From assembly GCA_964409365.1 (NCBI GenBank), contig CAYPCX010000007.1:18655-82654 (forward strand): DNA of 64,000 nt, given 5' to 3'. The DNA comes from an uncultured Planctomycetia bacterium (lineage in GTDB: Bacteria > Omnitrophota > Gorgyraeia > Tantalellales > Tantalellaceae). The notes beneath the pieces are model-generated. The model was not told the DNA's origin. It did no database searches and saw only the letters and a list, made by a program, of their open reading frames with translations. Position 1 is the stretch's first letter. The number at the start of each line of letters is the position of its first letter. Made by a program: the position numbers and the translations under genes. Shown here piece after piece: positions 10,205 through 20,296 of the stretch.

Positions 10205-11593
10205 ATTAGGCTTCCAGAATTTCCCCAGACCAACTACAAGATCGCGATAACCCTCTTTTTCGTCATACTTGCTTCCATCATTTTCATAAGGTCGATATTC
10301 GAGGTGACCGATATCACCAAAGCCGTCATGATAGTGACCGCGTTCGTTGTCATGATAGCCACTTTCGTTGATACCAACATAGGGCTTATAGTCATACTTC
10401 TATCCATGCTTCTTTCTCCCGAGCTGGAAGCGGGGTCGACCCCGGGCCGGGCCGTGGTCATCAGGGCGGAAGACCTTGTCCTGATAATGGTATCACTTAC
10501 CTGGCTGTTGAAGATGGCCCTGAGGAAAGCGCCTGTGGTAAGGCCCAGCCCGCTCAACGCGCCCATCGGTATTTATATCGCGGTGCTGACCATATCGACC
10601 CTGCGGGGGATGGTCACGGGGAATGTGATGCCTTTAAAGGGGACGTTCTATGTCCTTAAACTGGTGGAATATTTCATACTGTATTTCATAGTGCTGAACC
10701 ATACGACTACCGACAGGCAGGTAAAGATCTTTCTCCTGACGCTGCTTTTGACCGCTACCATAGTCGGGGTATACGGCAACACCCATATCGGCAGGGTCGA
10801 AAGGATATCCGCGCCGTTCGAAGGAAGAGGCGAGCCCAACACGCTGGGAGGGTATCTCCTTTTCATAATGTCGATACTGGGAGGTATAGTCTTGTATAGA
10901 AAGCAGGGGCGCCTGCCCCTGCTCCTTTTATTCCTTTTTCTTGTGCCGACGTTCGTTTTCACGCTTTCACGCGCTTCCTATCTCGGTATGGTACCCGCGC
11001 TGATAGCTTTTGTGGTGCTGTCCAGGGATAAGAGGGTAATGAACATAGTCCTTATACTTTTCGTTTCTTTCGCGTTCCTTGTGGCGTTGGGCCCGCCTGT
11101 CTTAAAACAAAGGGTTATCGGGGCGTTCATGCCCGAGCAGTCACAGAAACTGAAATCCGTGGCGGGTGTTTCACTGGGGCCTTCACCGGCCGCCAGGGTC
11201 ACTTCCTGGAAGGTGGCCCTTACAGAGCAGCTTCCCAAAAAGCCCGTCCTCGGGTTCGGCATGACGGGCGCGGGGTTCCTGGACAGCCAGTATTTCCTCG
11301 CGCTCGCGGAAACGGGTTTTGTGGGGTTCATGGTTTTCCTCTGGCTCATGTGGCGGGTATGGAAAGCCGCCTTTGACACCTACCGCAGAGTTGAAACGCC
11401 CCTGTACAAGGGCATCGCCCTGGGGTATCTTTCGGGTTTTGTGGGCCTTTTGTTCCAGGCTATCGGGACGAATACCTTTATAATCATACGTATCGCCGAG
11501 CCGTTCTGGTTCTTTACGGCGATAGTCGTGAAACTCGTGGATATAGAGACCGGAAAAGCCAAGATGGAAGCGGATTCGCTTGCGCTCCGGTGA
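10205..11593 (+). CDS. O-antigen ligase / Wzy polymerase family membrane protein
   Basis: Multi-TM; GEPNTLGGYL, TLSRASY, PVLGFG, DSQYFLALAETGFVG. The frame is open from 10184, so the start may be ATT 10205 (after GGAGG) or GTG 10304. Confidence 0.82.
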   Translation: MRLPEFPQTNYKIAITLFFVILASIIFIRSIFEVTDITKAVMIVTAFVVMIATFVDTNIGLIVILLSMLLSPELEAGSTPGRAVVIRAEDLVLIMVSLTWLLKMALRKAPVVRPSPLNAPIGIYIAVLTISTLRGMVTGNVMPLKGTFYVLKLVEYFILYFIVLNHTTTDRQVKIFLLTLLLTATIVGVYGNTHIGRVERISAPFEGRGEPNTLGGYLLFIMSILGGIVLYRKQGRLPLLLLFLFLVPTFVFTLSRASYLGMVPALIAFVVLSRDKRVMNIVLILFVSFAFLVALGPPVLKQRVIGAFMPEQSQKLKSVAGVSLGPSPAARVTSWKVALTEQLPKKPVLGFGMTGAGFLDSQYFLALAETGFVGFMVFLWLMWRVWKAAFDTYRRVETPLYKGIALGYLSGFVGLLFQAIGTNTFIIIRIAEPFWFFTAIVVKLVDIETGKAKMEADSLALR

Positions 11594-11608
11594 TCTTTTT
11601 TCGCTGGT

Positions 11609-13120
11609 ATGGAAATGGATTTTAAGGAAGATATAGTATCTGGAACGGTCGAGGAAGATGGCTCTCTTGCCCGGCGCGCCGTAAAAGGGGGCGTATGGGT
11701 TTTCGCCCTGAAGACGGCCCACAGGGTATTGGGGCTGATCAGGACGATAATACTGGCCAGACTTCTCTCTCCCGCCGATTTTGGCCTCATGGGCATAGCG
11801 GTCCTGGCTATCGGCACGCTCGATACGTTCTCCCAGGCGGGCCTGGAGCCGGCCCTCGTGCAGAAAAAAGGGGATATAAGGCCCTACCTGGATACGGTAT
11901 GGACGGTCAAGATAATACGTTCCGTCGTTCTCTTCGGCCTTTTGTATGTCAGCGCCCCGGTCATCGCGGGATTTTTTAAGACCTCCCAGGCGCTGCAGGT
12001 AATAAGGGTCCTTGCTTTTCTTGAGCTCTTCATGGGGATAAAGAACATAGGGACGGTGTATTTCCAGAAAGAGCTGCAGTTCGACCGGCGTTTTATCCTG
12101 GAGTTCAGCGGCCTGGTCGCGAATATAGGCGTTTCCATTACACTGGCGTTCGTGCTTAGAAATGTGTGGGCGCTGGTCTGGGGGTCGCTGGCCGGGGCTT
12201 TTGTCACGGGCATAGTCTCCTATATGGTCCACCCCTATAGGCCCCGGATAAGGTTCGGATCAGGCAAGGCGAAGGAGCTTTTTCGTTTCGGAAAATGGTT
12301 GTTCGGGTCAAGCATACTGTATTTCCTGATAACCCAGGGAGATAACGCGTTCGTGGGGAAGGTCATAGGCATCACCGCGCTTGGCCTTTACCAGATGGCA
12401 TACCAGCTGTCCAACGCCCCGGCGACGGAAATAACGCATGTCGTTTCATCCGTCACGTTCCCGGTCTATTCGAAGATACAGGATGACATGGCAAGGCTGC
12501 GGAAGGTGTATTCGGAGGTCCTTCAGCTGAACGTGTTCCTGGCGGCCCCTATGGCTACCGGCATATTCATACTTGCTCCCGATTTCACCAGAATATTCCT
12601 CGGGGAGAAATGGCTCCCGATGGTGCCCGCGATGCAGCTATTGGCCCTGGCCGGGTTTTTGCGGGCCCTGGCGGGCACTACAGGCGCCATGTTCTACGCT
12701 CTGGGCAGGCCGAAGACGGAGACGTTGTGGCAGGGGATAAGGTTGGCGACGCTCGCGGCGCTTATATTTCCTTTGAGCATGCAATGGGGCATTTCCGGCA
12801 CGGCCTTAGCCGTATGCGCGAGCATACTGGTAGCGACCGTCGGTTTTTTTCACAGCGTAACGAGGTTGACCCGTATACCGTTCGGTATTCTCGCGAAAGC
12901 GATAGGGTACCCCGTCGCGAACACTGTGGTCATGGCGGCGTTTATGGCCTTCATGAGACGGAAGATGCAGATCGCGGGCATACCGGGGTTCATTTTTCTT
13001 GTCCTCGCGGGCTTGGCGGTATATTTAGTGGCGAGCTACGTGTTTGAACGGTTCTCTTCTTATGACGTGTTTAACGTGTTAAAGACAAGGTTGAAAGGGC
13101 AGGCCGGCCATGATCGGTGA
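11609..13120 (+). CDS. wzx: Wzx flippase (lipopolysaccharide biosynthesis protein)
   Basis: ILARLLSPADFG, ALVQ, KELQF, VWALV, LGLYQMA, FPVYSKIQDD, LGEKW. Confidence 0.92.
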   Translation: MEMDFKEDIVSGTVEEDGSLARRAVKGGVWVFALKTAHRVLGLIRTIILARLLSPADFGLMGIAVLAIGTLDTFSQAGLEPALVQKKGDIRPYLDTVWTVKIIRSVVLFGLLYVSAPVIAGFFKTSQALQVIRVLAFLELFMGIKNIGTVYFQKELQFDRRFILEFSGLVANIGVSITLAFVLRNVWALVWGSLAGAFVTGIVSYMVHPYRPRIRFGSGKAKELFRFGKWLFGSSILYFLITQGDNAFVGKVIGITALGLYQMAYQLSNAPATEITHVVSSVTFPVYSKIQDDMARLRKVYSEVLQLNVFLAAPMATGIFILAPDFTRIFLGEKWLPMVPAMQLLALAGFLRALAGTTGAMFYALGRPKTETLWQGIRLATLAALIFPLSMQWGISGTALAVCASILVATVGFFHSVTRLTRIPFGILAKAIGYPVANTVVMAAFMAFMRRKMQIAGIPGFIFLVLAGLAVYLVASYVFERFSSYDVFNVLKTRLKGQAGHDR

Positions 13121-13739
13121 TCCGAAAAAAAGCGATATATATTTTGCGTCAGGTTATGACGATAAAAAGAGGTTCGCGAGCTACTGGCATCAGATCAACG
13201 AGGTGATATCGCTGAACCCCGGGAATGTCCTCGAGATCGGCGTCGGCAACGGATTTTTCGGGGATTATCTGCGAAAAAGGTCTTTTTCCGTGACGGGAGT
13301 GGATAACGACCCGGGTCTTTCTCCCGACATCGTCGGGGACGTCAGGGACCTTCCGTTCGAAGACGGGCAGTTCGACGTCTCGGTCTGTTTCGAGGTCCTG
13401 GAACATATTCCTTACGAACATTTCAAGGAAGGCCTTTCGGAGTTACGCAGGGTCACCGCCTCGCGCGTAATGATCTCTTTGCCGGACCCGACCCTGGTGT
13501 GGAGGTTCCTGCTTGAATTACCGCTGGTGGGGCGGAGAAAACTGATGATAACGTGGCCGGGCTTCCGCATGAAAGAGTACGGGATAAAAGGCCCGGAGCA
13601 CTGCTGGGAGATAGGAGTGGACGGGTGTTCCCTGAAAAGGATCAGGAAAGATATCGGGGATACGGGTTTCAGAGTAGAGAGGACTTACAGGGTCTTCGAG
13701 AACCCGTATCACAGGTTCTTTGTCCTGGAAAAAATATGA
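13110..13739 (+). CDS. Class I SAM-dependent methyltransferase
   Basis: VLEIGVGNG, GDVRDLPF, FD...EVLEH. Confidence 0.85.
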   Translation: MIGDPKKSDIYFASGYDDKKRFASYWHQINEVISLNPGNVLEIGVGNGFFGDYLRKRSFSVTGVDNDPGLSPDIVGDVRDLPFEDGQFDVSVCFEVLEHIPYEHFKEGLSELRRVTASRVMISLPDPTLVWRFLLELPLVGRRKLMITWPGFRMKEYGIKGPEHCWEIGVDGCSLKRIRKDIGDTGFRVERTYRVFENPYHRFFVLEKI

Positions 13740-14908
13740 ACGACAGAAGATTGAATATAGCCGTATTCAACGAGCTCTATCCGCCGGATCATCTGGGCGG
13801 CGCCGAGAGGACGGCCGAGCTCCTGTTCAAGGAACTGTCAAAAAAGGGGCATCATGTCCGGGTGCTTACCGGATATACCCGCCACCCGTCGCGGGAAGAG
13901 GGTATCTCCAGGATATTACCCCTTTACAATGATCCGGCCAAGCGGGTGGACAAGCTGCTCTGGCTGAAAAAGCTTTACTACGATGTGACCTCTTATTCGA
14001 CGGCTCAAAGCTTTTTCAAAGCGGGAGATTTTTCCGTGCTTTTGGCGCGGAGTGTGAGGTATATGTCCTTCCGGCCCATTACGGCGGCTTTGGCCATTGG
14101 GATACCGGTAGTGTTCATCGTGCCGGACGACTGGCTGGCGCGGCTCAAGGAAGGATGTGATAAGTCTTTTGTTTACGGCACTTTAAGAAAGAAATTCTTA
14201 TACGGTGGTTTTGATTTCAGCCGCGTGCTGTGCCCCAGCGAATATGTTCTCGATGCCTATGTAAAAGCGGCTTTCAGGCGCGAGAGCCTGTCGGTGCTGC
14301 CTCACGGAGTGGACGTGGACAGATTCAAGCCGGAGGAGAGGGTTGCCGGTCCGGCTCCGGTGAAGCTCATATATGTCGGGAGGCTGTTCCCGGCTAAAGG
14401 TGTCCATGTGCTGATAGAAGCGGCGAAGGTCATCAGGGAAAAAGGCCGTGACTTCAGGATAGATATAATAGGTAAGGGCCAGGAAAGGTACGAAGAGGAT
14501 CTAAGGAAGAAGATAGAAGAGTACGGGTTAGGTCCGAAAGTGATCCTTAAGGGGATGGTGCCGCAGGAAGATCTTCCGGAACATTACAGGCAAGCCGATA
14601 TAGCCGTCGCGCCTTCCCTGAAAGAGACTTTCGGGATAACTTTGATAGAGGCCATGTCTTCAGGGCTTCCGGTCGTCGCCTCCGGGGTGGAAGCCATACC
14701 TGAGAATATCGAGGACGGTGTCGACGGCATGTTAGTGAAACCCGAAAACCCCGATGTTCTTGCCGGCGCCGTCATATCCCTTATGGATGACAGGGAAAAG
14801 AGGCTGAGGATGGGCCGGGCGGCAAGGGAAAAAGCGGTCAGGGATTTTTCCCTTCAAAAGTTCATCTCGAAACTTGAAGAAATATTATTCTCGGTGTCGA
14901 AAAGATGA
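13736..14908 (+). CDS. Glycosyltransferase family 4
   Basis: ATGA-coupled start; YPP...GGAE, PHGVD, VGRL...KG, ETFGITLIEAM. Confidence 0.92.
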   Translation: MNDRRLNIAVFNELYPPDHLGGAERTAELLFKELSKKGHHVRVLTGYTRHPSREEGISRILPLYNDPAKRVDKLLWLKKLYYDVTSYSTAQSFFKAGDFSVLLARSVRYMSFRPITAALAIGIPVVFIVPDDWLARLKEGCDKSFVYGTLRKKFLYGGFDFSRVLCPSEYVLDAYVKAAFRRESLSVLPHGVDVDRFKPEERVAGPAPVKLIYVGRLFPAKGVHVLIEAAKVIREKGRDFRIDIIGKGQERYEEDLRKKIEEYGLGPKVILKGMVPQEDLPEHYRQADIAVAPSLKETFGITLIEAMSSGLPVVASGVEAIPENIEDGVDGMLVKPENPDVLAGAVISLMDDREKRLRMGRAAREKAVRDFSLQKFISKLEEILFSVSKR

Positions 14909-15693
14909 CAAGGTTCGACGATATATGGAAGAAATGGGATCGCGAAAAACTGGACGAATATATAAAGTCCCACGAAAAGGAAAGAACAAGATACCTTGAT
15001 CTGGTCAGGGACCATCTGGGAAAAGCCCCGGAACGCAGGGTGCTGGAAGTCGGATGCGGCGCCGCTATAGACCTGCACCTGGTAGCCGAAGGCACGGGAT
15101 GCGACGCTTGCGGTGTGGATATATCACGCGAGGCGCTAGATATCGCGAAAGACCTGGAACGGTATTTCAGCGGGAAAGTGGACCTGCGTGTCGGTGACGC
15201 CCGGGCCCTGGAATTTGCAGACGGCACTTTCGACGTCGTCTTCAGCCAGGGACTGATAGAGCACTTTGAAAGGCCGGTCGACATCCTCAGGGAACAGGTG
15301 AGGGTGCTTAAGCCGGGAGGCATCCTTATAGTCAACGTGCCTCAGAGATACACGGTTTACACTTTGTATAAGCATCTCCTGGCGATGCGCGGCCTCTGGG
15401 AATGGGGGGATGAGACGGAATTTTCCAGCTGGCAGCTTTCATGTTACGGCAGGCTTTTGGGCCTGGAGTTCCTGGAAAAGCGGGGATATGATTACTGGCG
15501 ATCGCCCTTTGAGCTGATGTTCGTTCTCAGGACCCTTAACGGCAAGGCGGGTAAGATACCCCTGGTGAAGAGGTGCCCGGTGCATGACGTGATATCGCGT
15601 TTCTGGGACGCTGTGTGGGAGGACATAGAAAACCGTTACGGACACCTGTTCATGAAGAACATAGTTTACGCATATCGTAAGCCGGTGGAATGA
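14905..15693 (+). CDS. Class I SAM-dependent methyltransferase
   Basis: VLEVGCGAA, GVDIS, GDARAL, FDVV...IEHF, RVLKPGG. Confidence 0.88.
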   Translation: MTRFDDIWKKWDREKLDEYIKSHEKERTRYLDLVRDHLGKAPERRVLEVGCGAAIDLHLVAEGTGCDACGVDISREALDIAKDLERYFSGKVDLRVGDARALEFADGTFDVVFSQGLIEHFERPVDILREQVRVLKPGGILIVNVPQRYTVYTLYKHLLAMRGLWEWGDETEFSSWQLSCYGRLLGLEFLEKRGYDYWRSPFELMFVLRTLNGKAGKIPLVKRCPVHDVISRFWDAVWEDIENRYGHLFMKNIVYAYRKPVE

Positions 15694-15703
15694 AAACCAT
15701 TTT

Positions 15704-16873
15704 ATGAAGATACTTTTTGTGAACCGTTATGCCGCCCGGTTAGGCGGGGTCGAGTATTACGTTAACGCGCTTTCCTCAAGATTGCGTGATGCCGGTCACC
15801 GGACCGGTATGGTCCATTGGGATGAATCCGCGCCGGCGGAACGGTTCGATACGTATTACCGCGTGCCGTCATTGTGGGACGGGGAACTGGCCCTGACAAG
15901 CGGTACCAGAAAGCTTCTGGACGGGATACTCAGGGAGTTCTCTCCGGATATCGTATACTTGCATAACATCGAGAACGGAAAGGCTATCGATCACCTCGCG
16001 TACAAGGCGCGCACTGTCCGTTATGTGCACGGATACAAGACGGTCGACCCTGACGGGAAGATGCTGCTGAAGGAGCCCCTCGAGGCTAACAGCTTTCCGC
16101 TTTCCCCGACATGTTTTATACGCGCCTATACCAGAAAGTCGATGCCCCGCGCCCCGGTCAAGGCGTTAAGGTCGTATCTCCGGGCAAGAAGCTCGCTCAA
16201 GGCCACGAACCGCCTGGAGAAAATACTAGTCGCCTCGGGGCATATGAAAAGGACGATGATAATGAACGGCACCAGGCCGGAAAACATACATGTATTGCCT
16301 TACTTCGTGGATTATGAGGATCTTGCTCCGCCTGGTGCGCCCGGGGAAAGGCGTATACTTTTTTGCGGCCGCATAGCCGAAGGGAAAGGGTTGGATGTGC
16401 TTATGGATGTCCTTTCCATGGCCGGCGGGAACTTCACGCTCGATGTGGTCGGGACCGGGCCCATGGAAGACGCCTGCCGGAAAAAAGCGCGGGAACTGGG
16501 CCTGGAAAATAAGGTCCGTTTTCTCGGCTGGAAGGAGCACGGGGAATTGCCCCGGCTTTACAAGGAAGCTCTTTTTCTGGTGCTCCCGTCGGTCTGGCCG
16601 GAACCTTTTGGCATCTCGGGTATAGAGGCGGCGTTTTTCGCGAGGCCCGCCGTCGCTTTTGACGTCGGCGGGATATCCGACTGGCTGGTAGACGGGAATA
16701 CGGGATTTTTGGTGGAGCCGTATGATAAAAAGAAGATGGCTGAAAAGATAAGTTATTTTTTAAATGATCCGGAAGAAACATTGAAAATGGGCCAAAGGGC
16801 AAGGGGATCGGCCCTTGAAAAATATAAGCCGCAGACACACCTGGAGGAACTCTTCAAGGTTTTCGCGGCATAA
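15704..16873 (+). CDS. Glycosyltransferase family 4
   Basis: GGVE, GRI...KG, PSVWPEPFG...EA. Confidence 0.92.
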   Translation: MKILFVNRYAARLGGVEYYVNALSSRLRDAGHRTGMVHWDESAPAERFDTYYRVPSLWDGELALTSGTRKLLDGILREFSPDIVYLHNIENGKAIDHLAYKARTVRYVHGYKTVDPDGKMLLKEPLEANSFPLSPTCFIRAYTRKSMPRAPVKALRSYLRARSSLKATNRLEKILVASGHMKRTMIMNGTRPENIHVLPYFVDYEDLAPPGAPGERRILFCGRIAEGKGLDVLMDVLSMAGGNFTLDVVGTGPMEDACRKKARELGLENKVRFLGWKEHGELPRLYKEALFLVLPSVWPEPFGISGIEAAFFARPAVAFDVGGISDWLVDGNTGFLVEPYDKKKMAEKISYFLNDPEETLKMGQRARGSALEKYKPQTHLEELFKVFAA

Positions 16874-16874
16874 C

Positions 16875-16923
16875 ACCGGTCACTGGAAACTGGTTACTGG
16901 TTACTGGTTACTGGTTACTTGAT
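16875..16923. repeat. 7-nt tandem array (ACTGGTT)n filling the spacer
   Basis: accggtc actggaa actggtt x4 acttgat, followed directly by ATG 16924. Confidence 0.9.
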
Positions 16924-18036
16924 ATGAAGATATGCATGATAGCGCCATATTATCCACCCCATCCGTCCCCGGACGGTATAGGGGATTATACCCGGAGATT
17001 ATGCGCCGAGATGGCGGGTATGGGGCATGAGGTCACCGTTCTGGTGTCTCATGGATATAGAGCCGCTACCGGGGACGGGTACGAGGCTCTCAGGATAGTT
17101 CCCTTTACTTCAGCGTGGGGTTTCGGGGCATTCTTGAAACTGTTCAGGTTGTGCCGGGACGAGAAGTTCGATTGTGTTGACCTTCAGTATTCCCCGCCGC
17201 TTTACGGGGTATTTTTTAAACTGTTATATCCCCTGATCGGACTGGTAAGTCCCGCGGTGGTGACGCTCCATACGCTGGTGGGGGGGGGACTGATCAACAG
17301 ATTTCTGGCCATGTCGCTGGTCTTGTTCACGGCCGAGGTAATCAGCACGAACGAGGAAGTAAGTTATCTGATCAGAAGACACCTCACCTGGAAAAAGAAC
17401 CTGGTCGAGATCCCTATCGGTTCGAACATCATTCCCCCGGAACACGGCAGGCCTCCGGGCATCAAGAAAAAAGAAGGGATAGTACTCACTCATTTCGGGC
17501 TGTTCTATCCGGGTAAAGGGGTAGAGACCATACTGGAAGCTGCTGCGGGGCTAAAGAAGGAGTACGATGATTTTCGGCTGTTCATGCTGGGAGGTAAATG
17601 GCCGGGAGCTGAAGATTACTATGACAGGTTGCGGCAGCGGGCCCGCGAGCTGGGGCTCGCTGATAAAGTATCCTGGCTGGGATATCTTGCGGATGAAAAA
17701 GTATCGGAATACCTGTCGATGACCGATATATTCCTTGTCCCGTTCGATGCGGGTATTTCCATACGCAGGGGCAGTTACATGGCGGGACTGGTCCATGGCC
17801 TGCCCATTGTCAGCACGCGGACGGACATAGGATCGGAGTATATCAAAGACGGCGAGAATATCGTCCTTGTGCCTCCCCGGGATGCCGCCGCCCTGAAAGA
17901 AAAAATACTGGAATTGATAAAGGACCCGGGCAAGAGGGCGCGGCTCGGGGAGAACGCGAGGCGTCTGGCAGCTGAATTCAGCTGGCCGAAGATAGCTTTG
18001 GAAATGGTACGCACCTTTGAGAAGATAAAATGTTGA
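16924..18036 (+). CDS. Glycosyltransferase family 4
   Basis: YPP...GIGDY, IPIGSNI, FG...KG, RRGS...GLPIV. Confidence 0.88.
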   Translation: MKICMIAPYYPPHPSPDGIGDYTRRLCAEMAGMGHEVTVLVSHGYRAATGDGYEALRIVPFTSAWGFGAFLKLFRLCRDEKFDCVDLQYSPPLYGVFFKLLYPLIGLVSPAVVTLHTLVGGGLINRFLAMSLVLFTAEVISTNEEVSYLIRRHLTWKKNLVEIPIGSNIIPPEHGRPPGIKKKEGIVLTHFGLFYPGKGVETILEAAAGLKKEYDDFRLFMLGGKWPGAEDYYDRLRQRARELGLADKVSWLGYLADEKVSEYLSMTDIFLVPFDAGISIRRGSYMAGLVHGLPIVSTRTDIGSEYIKDGENIVLVPPRDAAALKEKILELIKDPGKRARLGENARRLAAEFSWPKIALEMVRTFEKIKC

Positions 18037-19097
18037 AAAAAATACTTTCAAATATTTATTACCGGCTCCCGGCATTTTTGGGCGTAAGCGTCGCCTTCCC
18101 CTGCCGCAACGTGGTCTTCGAGCTTGAATACAGCTGCAACCTTAACTGTGAGATGTGCCCGTACAGAAAAGAGGTCTCTCTTACCCGGCCGAGCGGCACC
18201 GATCTGAAGCCCCTGGACAAGGATGAGGTCATCAGGCTTCTGGGGCGGTTCCCCAAAGGCAGTAATATGACTTTCACCGGCGGGGAACCGTTCCTGAAAG
18301 AGGGTATCCTTGAGATATTGAACGCGGCCGCAGGGTCGCACAATGTGACAATAGCGACGAACGGTACGCTGATCACTGAAGATATCGCCGGGAAAATGGT
18401 CCGGTGGGGCGTAAAACTTATCGGCCTGTCGCTGGACGGCCCGGAAAATATCCATAATGACATCAGGAAGGATCCGCAGGCGTTCGGTAAGCTCGTGAAC
18501 GCGGTTGAACTTATCAATGAGCAGAAAAAAAAGCGGGGCGCGGAATACCCGAGGGTGAACTTCAACGGCGTGATATTGAGAAAGAACTTCGATTCCCTGT
18601 ATAAGAACATAGAGCTGGCTAAGGCCCTGGGGGTGAATTCCCACTCTTTTCAGATATTTGATCCGTCATGGAGCAGGTCCGGCTGGCGTTTGAGCGATGA
18701 GATCAATACCGGCGAAAAAGTGATCGAACAGGTCGAGACAATAAACAGGGAAGAATTAAAAAAGGCCCTGGAACGGTTGATGCACGCGGCGAAGGAACTG
18801 GATATCAGCGTCAATATCATGCCCCCGCTTACTATAGAGGAAATAGCCGACTATTATGACAGGAGGTTCGATATCGGCAGGTGGCATTGTTTTTTTCCCT
18901 GGAGCACGATGCGGATCTCGCCTTATGGCGAGGTTTTCCCGTGTTTGAACTTCAAGATAGGTAATATAAGGCAGCAAAGCCCGGCTGAGTTGTGGAACGG
19001 CCCCGGTTACGGGAGATTCAGGAAGGGACTGAAGAAAGCGACGCTGTTCGAGAGCTGCGTCGGCTGTTGCAAGATGATCCGTGAGGAAAGTGCATGA
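18030..19097 (+). CDS. Radical SAM protein with Twitch/SPASM domain, within the glycan locus
   Basis: CNLNCEMC, TGGEPF, TNGTL, SLDG; C-terminal CFFPW...GEVFPC...GN...CVGCC. Confidence 0.9.
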   Translation: MLKKILSNIYYRLPAFLGVSVAFPCRNVVFELEYSCNLNCEMCPYRKEVSLTRPSGTDLKPLDKDEVIRLLGRFPKGSNMTFTGGEPFLKEGILEILNAAAGSHNVTIATNGTLITEDIAGKMVRWGVKLIGLSLDGPENIHNDIRKDPQAFGKLVNAVELINEQKKKRGAEYPRVNFNGVILRKNFDSLYKNIELAKALGVNSHSFQIFDPSWSRSGWRLSDEINTGEKVIEQVETINREELKKALERLMHAAKELDISVNIMPPLTIEEIADYYDRRFDIGRWHCFFPWSTMRISPYGEVFPCLNFKIGNIRQQSPAELWNGPGYGRFRKGLKKATLFESCVGCCKMIREESA

Positions 19098-20296
19098 GTT
19101 TTCTTGAATTTATACGGCACGTTGTGAAGCAGATAGTCGAGAGCGTCGAGTATATGCTGCTGAGCGTTACTCTGCTCAGGGGGAAAAGACACGTCCGGGC
19201 CGTGGAACCGAATGAAGTGCGCCCAAAAAAAATACTGATCGTCCAGATGAATTCTATAGGGGATGTTCTAATGATGACCCCGGCTTTGAGAGCTTTAAAG
19301 CGGTGTTTCGGAGATAGCACGATAGATGTGCTGGTGCAGCCTTTCGCGGCGGACCTTTTGCGGGAAGATCCGGATATTAACGGGGTTTATTCCTGCGGCT
19401 GGGCGTTCTGGAGAGGCCGTTTCACACAACCAGCGGCTTTCAATAGATCAGCGAGAACGGTCAAAGCGCTCAAAAGCGCCCGGTATGATCTCTGTGTGCA
19501 CTTTGGCCGGAATTTCGAAACGGTCGTGAACGCTTTGCTTGCCGAGGCGGCGGTCACGGTCGGGTTCCGGCAGACCGTCAAAAGGGGCATATTCAGAAGG
19601 AACGCTGAAGATCTTTATGACATAGCCGTCGATACGGATGAAAAACATATCGCGAGACAGGCCCTTCAACTGGTAAAGTTTCTTGGATGCGAAGGCGCGG
19701 CCGAAAAAGAAGAACTTTTTATCTCCGTTGAAAAAACGAAAGGGACGGAAGCCTTCCTCAGGGAGAACGGCCTGGGCGAAGGGGATTTCGCGGTCATGCA
19801 CCCCGGAGCTAAGTGGCCCCCGAAACGGTGGCCTAAGGGCAGTTTTGCCCGGCTGGTGAAGTTGATATTCGACGAGAAGGGCATGAAGACGGTGCTTATC
19901 GGCAGCGCTTCCGACAAAGAGCTTTTGCGGAAGATAAAGGAGGAAAGCGGTATTCCCGATACGGTGATAGCCGGAGATCTCGATCTGGCGGCGGCCGCCG
20001 CGGTGATACGGAAAGCGTGTGTTTTCGTGGGTAACGATTCGGGGCCGGCGCACATGGCCGCTGCCCTGGGTACGGATACCGTAGTGCTTTTTGGCCCGAC
20101 GGATCCCGAGGCCTGCCGTCCTTTAGGGGGGGGAGTGAAGATATTTCACTATAAGGTCCCATGCTGGCCGTGTATGATGTATTACAGGAGGGACAGGTGT
20201 GAGGCCGGATCTAATGTCTGCCTCCAGAACATCAGCGCCGGGGACGTATATGAAACCGTCGGCCGGATCATAGAAAGGAAAGGACATGGTGGATAA
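19094..20296 (+). CDS. Glycosyltransferase family 9 (heptosyltransferase-like)
   Basis: IGDVL...P, HPGA...KRWP, VGNDSGPAHMAAA, LFGPT. Confidence 0.92.
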   Translation: MSFLEFIRHVVKQIVESVEYMLLSVTLLRGKRHVRAVEPNEVRPKKILIVQMNSIGDVLMMTPALRALKRCFGDSTIDVLVQPFAADLLREDPDINGVYSCGWAFWRGRFTQPAAFNRSARTVKALKSARYDLCVHFGRNFETVVNALLAEAAVTVGFRQTVKRGIFRRNAEDLYDIAVDTDEKHIARQALQLVKFLGCEGAAEKEELFISVEKTKGTEAFLRENGLGEGDFAVMHPGAKWPPKRWPKGSFARLVKLIFDEKGMKTVLIGSASDKELLRKIKEESGIPDTVIAGDLDLAAAAAVIRKACVFVGNDSGPAHMAAALGTDTVVLFGPTDPEACRPLGGGVKIFHYKVPCWPCMMYYRRDRCEAGSNVCLQNISAGDVYETVGRIIERKGHGG

